From Gekko japonicus (lineage: Eukaryota), in assembly GCF_001447785.1 (NCBI RefSeq), contig NW_015172553.1, positions 601,737 through 665,736 on the forward strand: a stretch of 64,000 bases of DNA. The letters run 5' to 3'. The position numbers were made by a program, and so were the translations under genes. The notes under the pieces were generated by a model. The model was not told the DNA's origin. It saw only the letters and a list, made by a program, of their open reading frames with translations, and did not search any database. This document shows positions 36,763-49,700 of this stretch, piece by piece. The stretch's first letter is position 1; every line of letters begins with the position of its first letter.

Positions 36763-38173
36763 GTAAGATCTGAAGGCAGTGGGAATGCATTAGACCCTTT
36801 TAAGGCCTATTGGCCTAAATTTTAGAGAATTGTCTTTCAGAGTTGTTTCAGAGTACCTACTGCCAACGAGAATTGTCTTTCAGAGTTGTTAGCTGGTGGT
36901 ACCTAATGCCAACCATATTTTGACAGACCTTTTTCTTTATAATTTTGATTGATTTGCTGTCTTATGCTGCTGTGTTTTTGATGCTGCTTGCAAAAAAAAA
37001 ACCCCAACCCTGTAATAAATGAAGCATGGAAAAGCAAAAGCTCAGTTTAGAAAAAAAATGTCTCCCTTATGCCACAACCAGTCCAGCTTGTTGTGGGTGA
37101 ACTGTGGGCCAGCAGAAAGCCCATGTGGCATAGGTGACATGGACTCAAGATAACCATGGTATCCTTTCCTTTTATCCAAAGAGAGCTCTATGATGCATCG
37201 ATGCTGAGCAGTGCATAGTTGTTGTTAATCACTTATCACCCAATAGACAAAAGGATCATCATGGTATCAACAGTGGTGTCCAATCCAATGTACCTGGGCC
37301 CCACTGTGATCACATCTCACGTTGGTGCCTTTCTGTACCTAATTTTTTCCCTATATGTAGGGTTGCTAAGTGTGAATTCATCCGCAGTGGGGGACTCCCG
37401 GCTGGCAGCTGAAGAGCGCGTGTGTGCCGCATCCACGTTGCCTGGAAGTGACACAGGCACGCCAGGCACGCTGGGGGTGTGGCCACGACCATCCGAGGGA
37501 AAACCATAGAGTTTTCCCTTGGATGACCATGGCCCCGCCCCCAGCATGCCCGCGTCACTTTTGGGCGACGTGCACGTTGCGGTGGAGTTCTCCCCGGGGC
37601 CCGATCCGCTGGCAGCAGGGAACGGGCCTCTGGGGCGGGGGTTTCCCCGTCCCCTGGGGGGACTTGGCAAGCCTACCTAAATGGTTCTAATTAGCTTAAG
37701 CCTATAGCTTTCAGACCCTTTTGGAAGCTTATGGGGGCTTCTCATTGAGAAGATTATTGGCAAACAAACAACCAGTAAACGACAGCCTGCCTAACTGTGC
37801 ACAGGAACGCATGGCCATAAGAAGTTCTAGTGAGTGTTAAAAAGGCTGGCCAGGGCCCTGCATGAACAGTGCCCCAAAAGACACTCCCCAAACCTCTGTA
37901 ATGCACAGAGTTTAGTGGCAGATTTGCAGGGTTCTTCATCAGAAAAGCCATTGTGGTAGTGGCCAGTTTTAGGAAGAAAGGTTTAAGCCACAATATATGT
38001 CATGTGTTTCCTTATCTCTTTTATTCCTCATAAAGTTAGGGGGAATGCCAGGTAAGATAAGAGGGGACAATCCATGATAGCTATTTTTATACATTCAGGA
38101 CATCAGAATGATAACTGCAATTACTACTTGGAGCTGCAGCTGTTTACCTACCACTGTATGTACCTACCACTGT

Positions 38174-38394
38174 TAGGGTTGCCAGCTCTGTGTTGTGAAA
38201 TACCTGGAGATTTTTGGGGTGGAACCCGAGGAGGGCAGGGTGTGAGGAGGAGAGGGACCTCAGCAGGCTAGAATGCCGTAGAATCCACCTTCCAAAGTGG
38301 TGAATTTTTCTCCAGGTGAACTGATCTCTGTCACCTGGAGATCATTTGTAATCCCAGGAGATCTCCAGCCACCACCTGGAGTTTGGTAACCCTA
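38174..38394. mobile_element. hAT-type MITE (TAGGGTTGCCA family), full length
   Basis: TIRs and perfect 8-bp TSD accactgt. Confidence 0.9.
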
Positions 38395-41300
38395 ACCACT
38401 GTATGTGCCAGTGTCCTGTTTCTGGATGCAGAAGAGCAGAATTCTGTGAATGCATAAGGAACATCTTTTCTCACTGACAACAGGAAAGGCCTAGCCACAT
38501 GCATAATTTACAACACTGAATTATGATCATTTCTTGAATTACCCCTACAATTAACTTCATGCAGAGTGAGGGTTATCAGCAGTATGGGAGGAAATGCAGA
38601 AACTTCCCAGGATTCTAAGAAGGGGGCTGCCAATCCTAACAACTATTAACCGTTGGGGTATCTCACACTTCCACTGCAGAGCTCAAGGTGGCATACGTGG
38701 GGTGATCCCATTTTGTTGCCACAACTCTGTGGGGTAGATTTGCTGAGAGCAGCTTCCCCACACCAGATGTCAAGTAAACTGGCTGAGTTTGGACTTGAAC
38801 CCAGATCTAATAACTCACCAGCAATGGACACTGAAATAAATAACAGGTGGGAACATGTATGGCTGTGTGCGCATGCTTGCCAAACAAGTAGATTTACATA
38901 TGTGTCATTTGTAATATCAAATAATTTGAATTTTTTTGTAAGAACTGAGTTTCAGGTTAGGAAATAGAAGGCATGAAAGGAAGGAACACTACTAGAAAAC
39001 TGAACACTCTCTGTGAATACTGTACAGTGCAATCCAAGGCAGGCTTTAGGGTTGCCATTCTGCAGTTGGGAGCAGGGGATCCCTGGTTTTTTGGGGCTCT
39101 ACCCGCCACCAGCCAACTGGCTGGCAGGAGGAAACCCTGCCCCCAAACAGCAATATTGCCGGAAATAAACACAACATCATACGGTGATGCTCTTGTTTTG
39201 GGACAAAACTCTATGATTTGAGATTGATTTTACCATAGAGTTTTGCCCAAACACGTTGTGGTGTGATGTCAGCATGTCATGGCACTCTGCCCCACTCCTG
39301 GAAAGTTCCCATCCCCCACCAGTGTGGCATTCAGACCTGGTAACTCTAGCAGGCTTACTCAAATTTATGTCCTATTCTATTGAGCTTAATCTAGGATTGC
39401 CTGGTCACTCCTGGCAGGTGGCAGAGAATGGGGGGAGACTTGACAAAAGAAAGAGAAAGGCCCCTGCCATGTTGCTGGTTTTGTACTGGAAGTGACATCA
39501 TCCTGGCAGTGACTTCCAGATGCCACATTGGTATTTGGGCAAAACTCTATGGTAAAACCAGCTTCTACCATAAAGTTTTTGCCCAAATACCAGAGTGACG
39601 CCAGGAAGTCACTGATATGATGGCATCACTTCCTGTATGACACTGGCAATGTGGCCTGGGCCTTCCTCTTTTTACTGGTAAGTCCCCCCGCTGGCCAGCT
39701 GATTGGCAGGGTGTAAGGGCAAGGGACCCCACCTCTACCTTCTTCCTATTTTATATGCTTTACCTGCTATATTTCCTTCTTTTGAAAAAATGAAATCTGA
39801 GATCCTCAAAATGTTTAATTCTGTGCTGGCATGGGCAACCCTCCCTCTTCCTCTCCCTCTCCCTCTCCCTCTCTCTCTATATATACACATACATACACAC
39901 ACACACACAGGCCTGCTGCATATGGATTATTAGTATTGCTGACTGTCAATATTTAATCACTGACTCTTGAGAACAAATGAGCTCTATGAATATCGTGCCA
40001 CTAATTAATTTGGTACCTCTGTGAGTTTTCCACCTGCTGAGTAGACCCAAGGGAGAAGCACTTTCATGTTGTACAGAGAAGTCAGAAATAATTACCACAT
40101 GCTGTTCAAAGGACCAGTCGTGGAACATTATTCCAATTAGCTTGAGATGTTCTGGGTGGTTTTCCAGAGTTGCTTCCTACCTAATCTTGTATTAGCTGCA
40201 TTTGGGGGCTATTTGGGACCTGAATTGTACAGTAAAATAAACCAGTTTTCTTGCACCACATTTGGTCAGTCTTTTGATTTTCATTTAGCTGGGTTTATAA
40301 TTTCATGATGGCATCACAAACAGAGTGAGAACTGTCCAAGACAAAGAGAGAACAAGAAATTAGGTTGGTCTTATTCCATAATTATCCATCCCTTTCCAGG
40401 TTAGTGCACTGGTATTCCAGTTTCTTATACTCAGTTACCTCCCAGTCAAGATGGTATTGATCGAACCAGTAACACCACGGTCTGACAGATAAAGAAATAT
40501 TGGGGTCTGAAAAGCCACAAGCAAAGCACCCTGGGAGGCAAAGCATTATTCCTTCAGGGCAGCAGACCGGCTAGGCCACATCAGATCCCAAAGAGATTCA
40601 GCTCTGTAAAACATGTGCACCCCTGAAGCTTCCCTGCAGACCGGAAGGGTCACCATCTCCAAGCTTTGATGGGCACTAGGAACTGAGCCAACAAGGCAAC
40701 CTGTCTTAACACTCTCTGCACTCGTTGAGGAACATTAGGATTCTTTTATCATTAACATTCTTTTCTGTAACATTAACACAAGTCTATAGTGGCAGAATAA
40801 TTTACAGTACTCAGTAATTTCACAGAAATATTGAACATTTTAGTACAGATCTGTGAGGGGGGAACAGTCCAATTGTACTATATTGGCTCCTAAATAATTG
40901 AGACTCTGTGATTATGGGGAAACTCCAATACCAGAGTGCATCACCTGGGGCTAGAAGTACAGAGATTGTGCTGCCCAGTCAATATATTGTGCTGCCCTTC
41001 CCACTTTCATAAGTAGTGAGAAGTCCCATGGGCATCACTGCCAGATTTTGTTTCCTTTGGAGACAGGGTTGCAAACAGGTCTGGAGAAAAATGTCTGATC
41101 CCTTTAATATAGGTTTAATTTCAGAAATGGGCAGTTGAAGCTTACCATGGCATGGAGTTAAAGAGCATCACCTGGTAAACAGCATCCCATCAAGCTTCTA
41201 TTAAAAGGGATGGGACACTCTTCTCCAGGCCTGTTTGCAACCTTTTTTGGAGACAGAGCCGTGGAAACACAAGGAATCTTTATGAGCAGCACATTGTGGC

Positions 41301-43046
41301 ATGAGTAAACAAGGAACTGGCTGTACAGTAGATAGCATAGCTGCTCATCCTGCATGAAGAAGCAACACGTGCAGTTCACCTCACCCCCAGCTGCCTTCTC
41401 CATTTCAGCTACAGCCAGGAACTTCCAGCTCCCCCCCCCGCGCCTAATTCAAAACCGCATCTGCCTTTAGCTGGAAGTTGTCATTTTCCCCAGCTCTGAT
41501 AGGTGTTAGGGCTACAGCCATCAAGGTTCTTTCACAAAGTCCCTGGACACTTGACAGTGATTAAGGGAGCCAAACTCAAAATATCATAGGAGGAACATTT
41601 AAAAGAGAAAGGGTCTAAAAGAAGAAAATAGCCTTCTTCCTCAGTATCCTATACCTCCAGATTGATTTTATCTATTTAACTTTCTTACATTAATTCTTGG
41701 GGATACCATGTGTATCATATGCATGTAGACTGTGGCGCATAGCACAGGGCACCTCCAGGTCACGCGACCCCTTATACTGCACATAAATGCATATGCTGTT
41801 TAATAGTTTCAAATGGCTGCACAGCATTAAGTAGTTAGCAGTAATGTGAATGAGAAATAACTGTGAGAGAGAAGCTGAGGCATAAAACTATGCCCACAGA
41901 GTGCATACTAAGGACACACACAAATACGAAGTTTCAGTCACATTCAAATTAGAAAAAGGTGTTCAAAACACAGATCTGTGGGGACACAGAAGAAAGATGC
42001 TGAAATATAGGACTTTAAGAAGTCCAGCTTAGGAACCCTAACATCTTGGAATTCTGGAGAGGCTCTGGGAGGTACATCAGGGGAGTAGGAGGCCTGGCTG
42101 GTTCCCTTTTGGGAGTAGATGGAGAGAGAAGACCTGTTGAGGGGGGCAGACAGGAAGGAGTGCTCTGAGGGGCAGAGAAGCTTTAGAGATTGTCTAAGGA
42201 GGATGCCTTCTAACCGGAGAGAAAAATGCTTCTCTCGAGGAACAGATGACATTCAGGGGTGGTTGAGACCCTCGAGAGTTGCTACCATCCAGAGAAGAAA
42301 CACCTCCCCCCAGTTCATGTTGAAGGTGGGAGCAAAGAACTCCTACAAAAAAGCGATACACATGACATGCCCCACATTCAAAGAAAAACTGAGGGGCCAT
42401 TTTCCACTTGGCCCTCTGGAAAAGAGATAATGTCCAGACTCTTCCTGAAGTTGCAAGTGTTGTAACAACAACAATGGAGATTCGTCTTTTTCTTGACCCA
42501 CGGAAGGAAATCACCTGAATACATTAACCAATGACTGTGAGTAAACAGACTTCGATTTCCCGGGCTCTCTTCCCATTGGCTCTGTGCCAGCTTTCCCTTC
42601 CAGGTCAGTCTAAACAAGAGCACACAAGGTAAACAGATTAACCCTATAATGACTGAATTAGACCTTACAACACATACATATTTCCAACAGTGAGAAGGGC
42701 CCCCCCCCAAAAAAAGATGTATTCTTCACTCCCACTGACTTTGAGACTATTAGATTGGCCTTTGGTACTGTATATTATTGTTTCATTGTTAGCAACATCT
42801 TCTTCAGTTTAAAACTCCCTTCCTCACCTTTAGGGGAAAACAGTTTTTCTTAAAAGTTCAGTTCAGGTTTGAGCGGGCTCTGACCACTATTAACTCAATT
42901 AACTATTAATTCAATTAATAATAACAACAACAATCTTGCTCTTTTTTGTCTGACAAGGTAAAGTAGAAGTGATATACACATATGCAAGATTAAAGCAAAA
43001 GGAATACAGATAATTGATAGACAAGGAAGTGCCAGCATTGAATATA

Positions 43047-45095
43047 GGAACGTAAGAATGTAAGAAGAGCCCTGCTGGATTAGACCAATGGTCCATCCAG
43101 TCCAGCATCCTGTCTCACACAGTGGCCAAGCAGTTCCTCTGGAGGACTAACAACAGGGCATAGAGGCCAAGGTCTGGGTTGGAAAATACCTGGAGACTTT
43201 GGGGGAGGATCCAGGAGATGGTGGGGTTTGGGGAGGGGAGGGACCTCAGCACGGTACAATGCCATAGAGTCCACCCTTCAAAGCAGCTATTTTCTCCAGG
43301 GGAGCTGATCTCCGTCAGCTGGAGATCAGTTGTAAAAGCGGAAGATCTCCAGCCCCACCTGGAGGCTGGCAACCCTAGGCTAAGGCCTTCCCCTGATGTT
43401 GCCTCCTGGGTCTGGGATTCAGAGGCTTAATGCCTCTGAATGTGGAGGTTCCCCTCAGTCACCATGGTTAGTAGCCATTAATACACATCCTCCATGAATC
43501 TATCTAATCCCCTTTTAAAGATATTTATTCCTGTGGCCATCACTGCATCCTCTGGCAGCGAATTCCACATTTTAATCACTCTCATGGTAAAGTAGTATTT
43601 TGTCTATCCTGAAACTACTGCTCATCAGTGTCATTGGATGCCATCAAGTTCTAGTATTTTGGAAGAGGGAGAAAATTTTCCTTTTGTCAATTTTCTCCAT
43701 TCCATGCATAATTTTATAAACTTATATCATGTCCCCTGAGCCTGCTTTGGTGGGGTAGGGCAGGGTATAGATCGGAAAAATAAATAAATAAAATAAATTA
43801 AATGTCTCTTTTTTAAATTGAAAAATCCCAGACTCCTCAGCCTTTCCTCATAGGGAAAGGGCTCCAACTCCCTAATTATCTTGATTGCCCTCCTCTGTAC
43901 TTTTTCCAGCTCTGCAATGTCCTTTTGTAGAAACGGGGTCCAGAACTGTATTCCAAATGAGGTCACACCATAAATCTATGCAGGGGCATTACAATATCAG
44001 CCGATTTATTCTCAATCACTTTCCTAATAATCCCTAACATAGAGTTTGCCCTTTTCATCGCTGTAGCACACTGAGTTGACACTTTCTTTGAGCTATTCAC
44101 TACAACCCCAAGATCTTTTCCCCTCTCAGTCTAAGAAAGTCCAGACCACATTAGCCTATACTTGAAGTTGGGAATGGGATTTTTTGTGCATCACTTTATC
44201 AACATTGAACTTCATTTGCCACATTGTTACCCACTTACCCAGTTTGTGGAGGTCTTCTTGGAGCTCTTTACAGTCAGCCTTGGTTTTCACCATCTGGAAT
44301 AATTTTGTATCATCTGCAAACTTGGCCACTACACTACTACCCCCAGTTCCAGATCACTGATGAATAAATTAAATAGTATTGGCCCCAATATCAATCCTTG
44401 TGGGACCCCACTGCTTACTTCCCTCCATTGTGAGAGCAGTCTATTGATTCCTACTCTTTGCTTCCTACTCATTGAACAAGTTTTTAATCTATAAGAGAAC
44501 CCATCCTCTTATCCCATGACTGCTAAGTTTACCCAGGAGTCTTCAGTGAGGTACCGTGTCAAAAGCCTTTTGAAAGTTCAGGTATATAATGCCTACTGGG
44601 CCACTGTTGTCTACATGCTTTTTCACTTTCTCAAAGAACTCCAAAAGGTTGGTAAGGCAGGACTTCCATTTGCAGAAGCCATGCTGATTTCCCCTTCAGC
44701 AAGCTTTGTCCCTCTACATACCTAGCAATTCTATCTTTGATTACAGTTTCTACTAATTTGCCTGGGATAGACGTTGGGCTGACTGCCCTGTAATTTCCTG
44801 GTTCCCCTCTGGATCCTTTTTTAAAAATTGGTGTCACATTTGCTACTCTCCTTTCTTCTGGTACAGCAGCTGAATTTAGTGACAGGTTACATATATGGGT
44901 TAGTAGATCAATGATCTCACATCTGAGTTCCTTAAGAACTCTGGGTGTATGCCATCAGGACCTGAAGACTTATCAATATTAATTTTCCCAGTCAGTCTAG
45001 AATTTCATCTCTGGTCACCTCAGTTTGGCTCAGTTCTTCAGACTCCCTTCCTGGAAATATGGGCTGTGGCATGGGTACATGCACCACACTTTCCA
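43047..45095 (-). mobile_element. Degraded CR1 LINE with nested MITE
   Basis: TPIFKKGSRGEPGNYRAVSPTSIPGKLVE and QFWTPFLQKDIAELEKVQRRAIKIIREL; CR1 3' UTR and tail near 43050. Confidence 0.92.
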
Positions 45096-46441
45096 TATAG
45101 ATCCCATGTGGATTCCATAAAAAACATGTAACTAGAAAACATATATCCAGTCTGTCATTTATTTTCCAGGCTCTAACCTGGCATGACAGCATATTTGCAG
45201 ATGGAGGCTGACTAACTAATGCAATACCCACTGAGCATATTTTAACAACACAATACAGTATTTTTCTGTATCTTCTCAGTGGGGAGCAAACATCACACTA
45301 CCTGTGGGTTACTGTGTGAATACAACTGTGAGCTGATGTTCCTGGGGCACAGTTCTTTTAGCTCTGTCCCTACCCTTTGGCAGCTGGCATTATGCATCAT
45401 GTTCTTGGCATAGCTGACAAAGAGTTCTATTACGTGACTGTGGAAAACACAAGAACCCTTACCTGAATAAAAGAACTGTTTAAGAAACATTTGAAGCCTT
45501 AAAAGTCAAATTAGCCAAAACAAAGAGAACCCAAGCCAAAAAATTGTTCCATTGAGCTGACATACTAGCTAGAGAAAGGACACATATTCAGTCAGATTAC
45601 AAAACCAAATAAAACTGGCACATTCTAGAAAGCAAATACTTCACCTCTTCTCCAACCCTGGTGACATGACTTGGTGTTTTTAAAAAAGAGGCTCCTAAAC
45701 CCTCAGAATTTCCACATTTCCTCAAGGCCCACTTCAGACTTTTCCAAAGGGCCGGTCCAAGGACAAAGAAGAAAGTTCAAGGTCAGCTGTGAGAAGGCAA
45801 GCTCAATAAAGACATGGCACAGGTTAAATACATGGAGCGGGATTGCTGCACATAAAGAAGTTACCAAAATCGTCTGCCAAACATCAACAGAAAGGGGAAA
45901 ACACTGCTGATCAAAGATGACCACTTTGCGTGTTGTAAACAGTTCAGGAAAAGAACAGCAGACACAGCTACCTCCACGAGACGCTTCTGTACCTAACAAG
46001 TTATTTAGAAAACCCAGGGCAAAAGTTAGACTGGCGTAAATCGCTACTCAGTTATGAAGATTCCTTGGGTGATTTGGGGAAATCACTCTCTCTTGGCTTT
46101 CATCACAGGGTGGTCGTGCAGATAAAATGCCCTTCTGGGTTCAAAGGGAATGATGAGAACATTCGCACTCAGTACCTCTGTCTCAAAAGTAACTGAGCCA
46201 CTGCTCTGAATGAGTGTAGAATCTCCCAGCTTGAAGGTTCAGGGGAGGGAGATCATTTTTGAATTATTATTTTGTACATTTCAAATCATTCGAAAAAGCA
46301 GTTGAGGAGATTAAGAGAGGCCACCTCATTCACATAAGGGGATATCGATGTCACAAGAGCAGACCCATGGGTATACTTTGGCCCTCAGAGACGAACACTT
46401 GCAGTTCTCTAAACAATGAGGCCACATAGTGGAGGACTTGC

Positions 46442-46640
46442 CTTGAGACTCCACTTAATGCCAAGGCACCGGGCCACCTCCTTGGCTCTTAAGAGCTTAA
46501 GAGGCACTGAATCAAGTTCTCAGATTATATAGATAAAAAAGCAAAAGTGAAAATCTGGCTCCCAGCCCACCGTCTTCTCAAAAGCTCTTAGCTGTGGGCA
46601 CCCCACCTGTTTTACGACACCTCTAGGCTTCATATATAGG
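46442..46640 (+). promoter_or_regulatory. SFTPC copy B proximal promoter: TATA-like box and NKX2-1-type motifs
   Basis: CATATATAGG 46631-46640; CTTGAG 46442, CACTTA 46452, TCAAG near 46512. Confidence 0.55.
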
Positions 46641-46698
46641 ACACACTCCATCCAGAGTGGGCTGGGAGCAGAAGCAGTGCAGCAGAGTTGGCGGGACA

Positions 46699-46761
46699 AT
46701 GGAGATAAATGAGAAGATGGAAGTTGTCACTAAAGAGGTACTTCTCCAGCTACCACCAGTG
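46699..46761 (+). CDS. SFTPC: SFTPC copy B exon 1
   Basis: [28 protein letters not shown] motif shared with copy A, donor gtgagt at 46762, TATA-like CATATATAG at 46631. Confidence 0.85.
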
Positions 46762-49700
46762 GTGAGTCCCACCTTTATGCCTTTATGGGCACAATGATTT
46801 TCTTTTTAAAAATCCATAAAGGCAAACAGCTGCATGAACCTGCTGTTTCTCCACTTCTTTGCTGCAACTCCAGTGGATTTCAGCACCCATTTTAATAAGT
46901 GTCAAAGCAATTTGAGCAGCAATGACCCATAGAAAATGAAAGCAACCTCCATTAGAGTAAAGGCACAATCCCAACAAGTAAGAGTGAGCTGGCAAGCACC
47001 GTTGTCCCCCTAAAATCACTTGAGTGTGTGAATGTGTCTACACACACACACACACACGTATATCCCATGCCAACCAATACTGTAATGACTCTGCGCAACA
47101 GGTATAGATTTTTCAGTGTTTTTTTTTTAACTATAAGGGGCCTGTGTCACGGAACTCATGCATAGTACCATGCCTTTCAAATGCAAAAATTATGATGTCG
47201 TTTTAAGTGTTGTAAGTCACTCCAAGCCCCCTGGGTGAGAGGTAACTAAAATCTAATAAATATATTTTTAAAGCCAATGTGGCATAGTGGTTAGAGTTTC
47301 AGAGTAGGATCTGTGAGACCCAGGTCCGAATCCCCACTCTGCCATGGAAGCTTGCTGGGTGAATTCAGGTTGGTCACACACTCTCAGCCTGTTATGATTT
47401 TATGATTTTATTCTGTCTAAACTGTAATTTTAACATTGTTCTAATAGTATTATACTAATTGATGTATACTGCCCTAAGCCCGTTTATGGGGAGGGCAGTA
47501 TATAAATCAAATGAATAAATAAATAACTGACCTCGCAGGGTTGTTGTAAGGATAAAATGGAGAAGAGGAGAATGATGTAGGCCAGTTTGGGTTCCCCCTG
47601 GGGAGAAAGGTGGGATATAAATGAAGTAGATAACATAAATAATAAAATAAAGAGTTAATCCTGCCTGTGGCTGGAAGCCATTATGCAAAAAGTTAAAGCT
47701 AGCATTCCCAGATCCTTAATGCTGATTGCAGTTTTGCTGTCTGGGAAACTTACACCTTGGAGTTATGGGATGGTTGTGAATGGTTGTGTGAGTGTATATG
47801 AGTATGGTTGTGGATCACCGAATGATTGCATCTTAATTTCGTTGTACTATGTACAATGACAATAAAGTATATTAGTATTAGTATTAGTATTATTTCCCTT
47901 TGCAAAGTCTGAGAAAAAACATTTTGAAGGTCAAGAAGTGTTGAGACTTCAGATAATGGATGGGACGCCCTGAAGTCCTGCTCGCCACAGCCAGTGAGGG
48001 TGGTGATAGATAATATATTCTATGGTGCTGGTGTTTTCAATATTTTATGGGCACAATTGTTCTGTAATGTCACCTACCCTGAGTGTTTGGAGTGGGATAG
48101 ACAAGAACCCTAGTCTCAACAGATAGGACAAAGCAGTGTATTTCCTGGTATTTTATAGATACAACTTTGTTGTTCAGTCACACAGTCGAGTCCGACTCTT
48201 CGCGACACCATGGACCACATCACACCAGGCTCTCCTGCCTTCTGTTGTGCTCCGGAGTTTATTCAATTTCATGTTCGTTGTCTCGATAACACTGTCTAAC
48301 CATCTCATCCTTTGCTGTCCTCGTCTTCTTTGACCTTCAATCTTTCCCATCATCAGGGTCTTCTCCAGTGAGTGCTCCCTTCTCATTTGGTGGCCAAAGT
48401 ATTTGAGCTTCAGCTTCAGTATCTGGCCTTCAGTGACATGTTTTATAATGCTATTCCAAGGAACACTTTGCATGCTCCTGTGTTACATATTGTTGAAAGC
48501 TCTTTGCCATCTACATGCTATATTAATTTACCCTGCAATAGCCCTATCCTAAATTGGTTTAAGAATCAAGATATGGAGGGTTTTTGGGTTAAATGTATCT
48601 ATTTATTTATTTCATTAAACTTATGAATTGCCCACCCTGCAAGCAGCCTCTGGGCAATTTACAGCCTTATAAAACATTTAAAATACAGACAATATATATA
48701 ATTATAATAAAAGTATACCTGAAAGACATAATTGTCCTACCTACCTCAGCAGCTACAGTATGCTAGCCTCCAGGTGGGACTTGGGAATACCCTGGAATTA
48801 CAGCTCATTTCCAGACTACAGAGAGCAGTTCCCTTGGAGAAAATGGCATTGTACCTCACTGAGGTCCCTGTCCTCCATCCCCAAATTTTCAGGAGTTTCC
48901 CATCCTATATCTGGCAGCCTCCTATATCTGGCAGCCCTAACCTCCCATCCCCCACCAGTGGGGGACCTGGCAACCCTAAGAATAGCTTGCTGCCTGAGTG
49001 TTCATGCACTGACAGATACAGATTTAGAGGTAACATGCATGCGTTTCCCACTCTGAGATTAAATTCTAGACATTTGGTGGGAAGAGCTGAACCATAAAGA
49101 ATGACAATGCTGACAAAATGTTAATAAGGCATCCCCCCCAAATAAAAATAAGGACAGTGAATCACCATGGACAGTGACCAGCAAATGGCATCCATGGTAT
49201 AGAGGAACCATTGGAGCAGTCCTACCATGGTTCCACAACTAGACTGTGTGACATGTTCTCAAATGGGTTATAGTAGCAATGCCATGAATATCTTTTGAAG
49301 GAAGGGAAACAAGAAAGGGAGAAGGGCAAGGACGAGAAAAGTCACATCTCAACCAGAATTAAATATGGCCCCATACTCCAGGGGGAAGGAAGGTGGCATG
49401 GTACAGCCCAATCTCATCAGATCTTGGAAGCTCAGACAGGTCAGTACTTGGATGGGAGATCACCAAGGAAGACTCTGCAGAAGGAGGCCATGGCAAACCA
49501 CCTCTGCTTCTCACGTCCCTTGAAAGCCCCTTGCTGGGGTTGCCATAAGTCAACTGCAACTTGATGTCACTTTACACGCACACCCCTATAATGCAGGCTG
49601 GGTGGTGCAGAGAACAAAAAGGGGAAGTCCTCTGGAGCCATATGGCTAAAAAGTAACATTATTTATAAAGTATTTAAAAATTGGGGTGGATCCAGCCATT

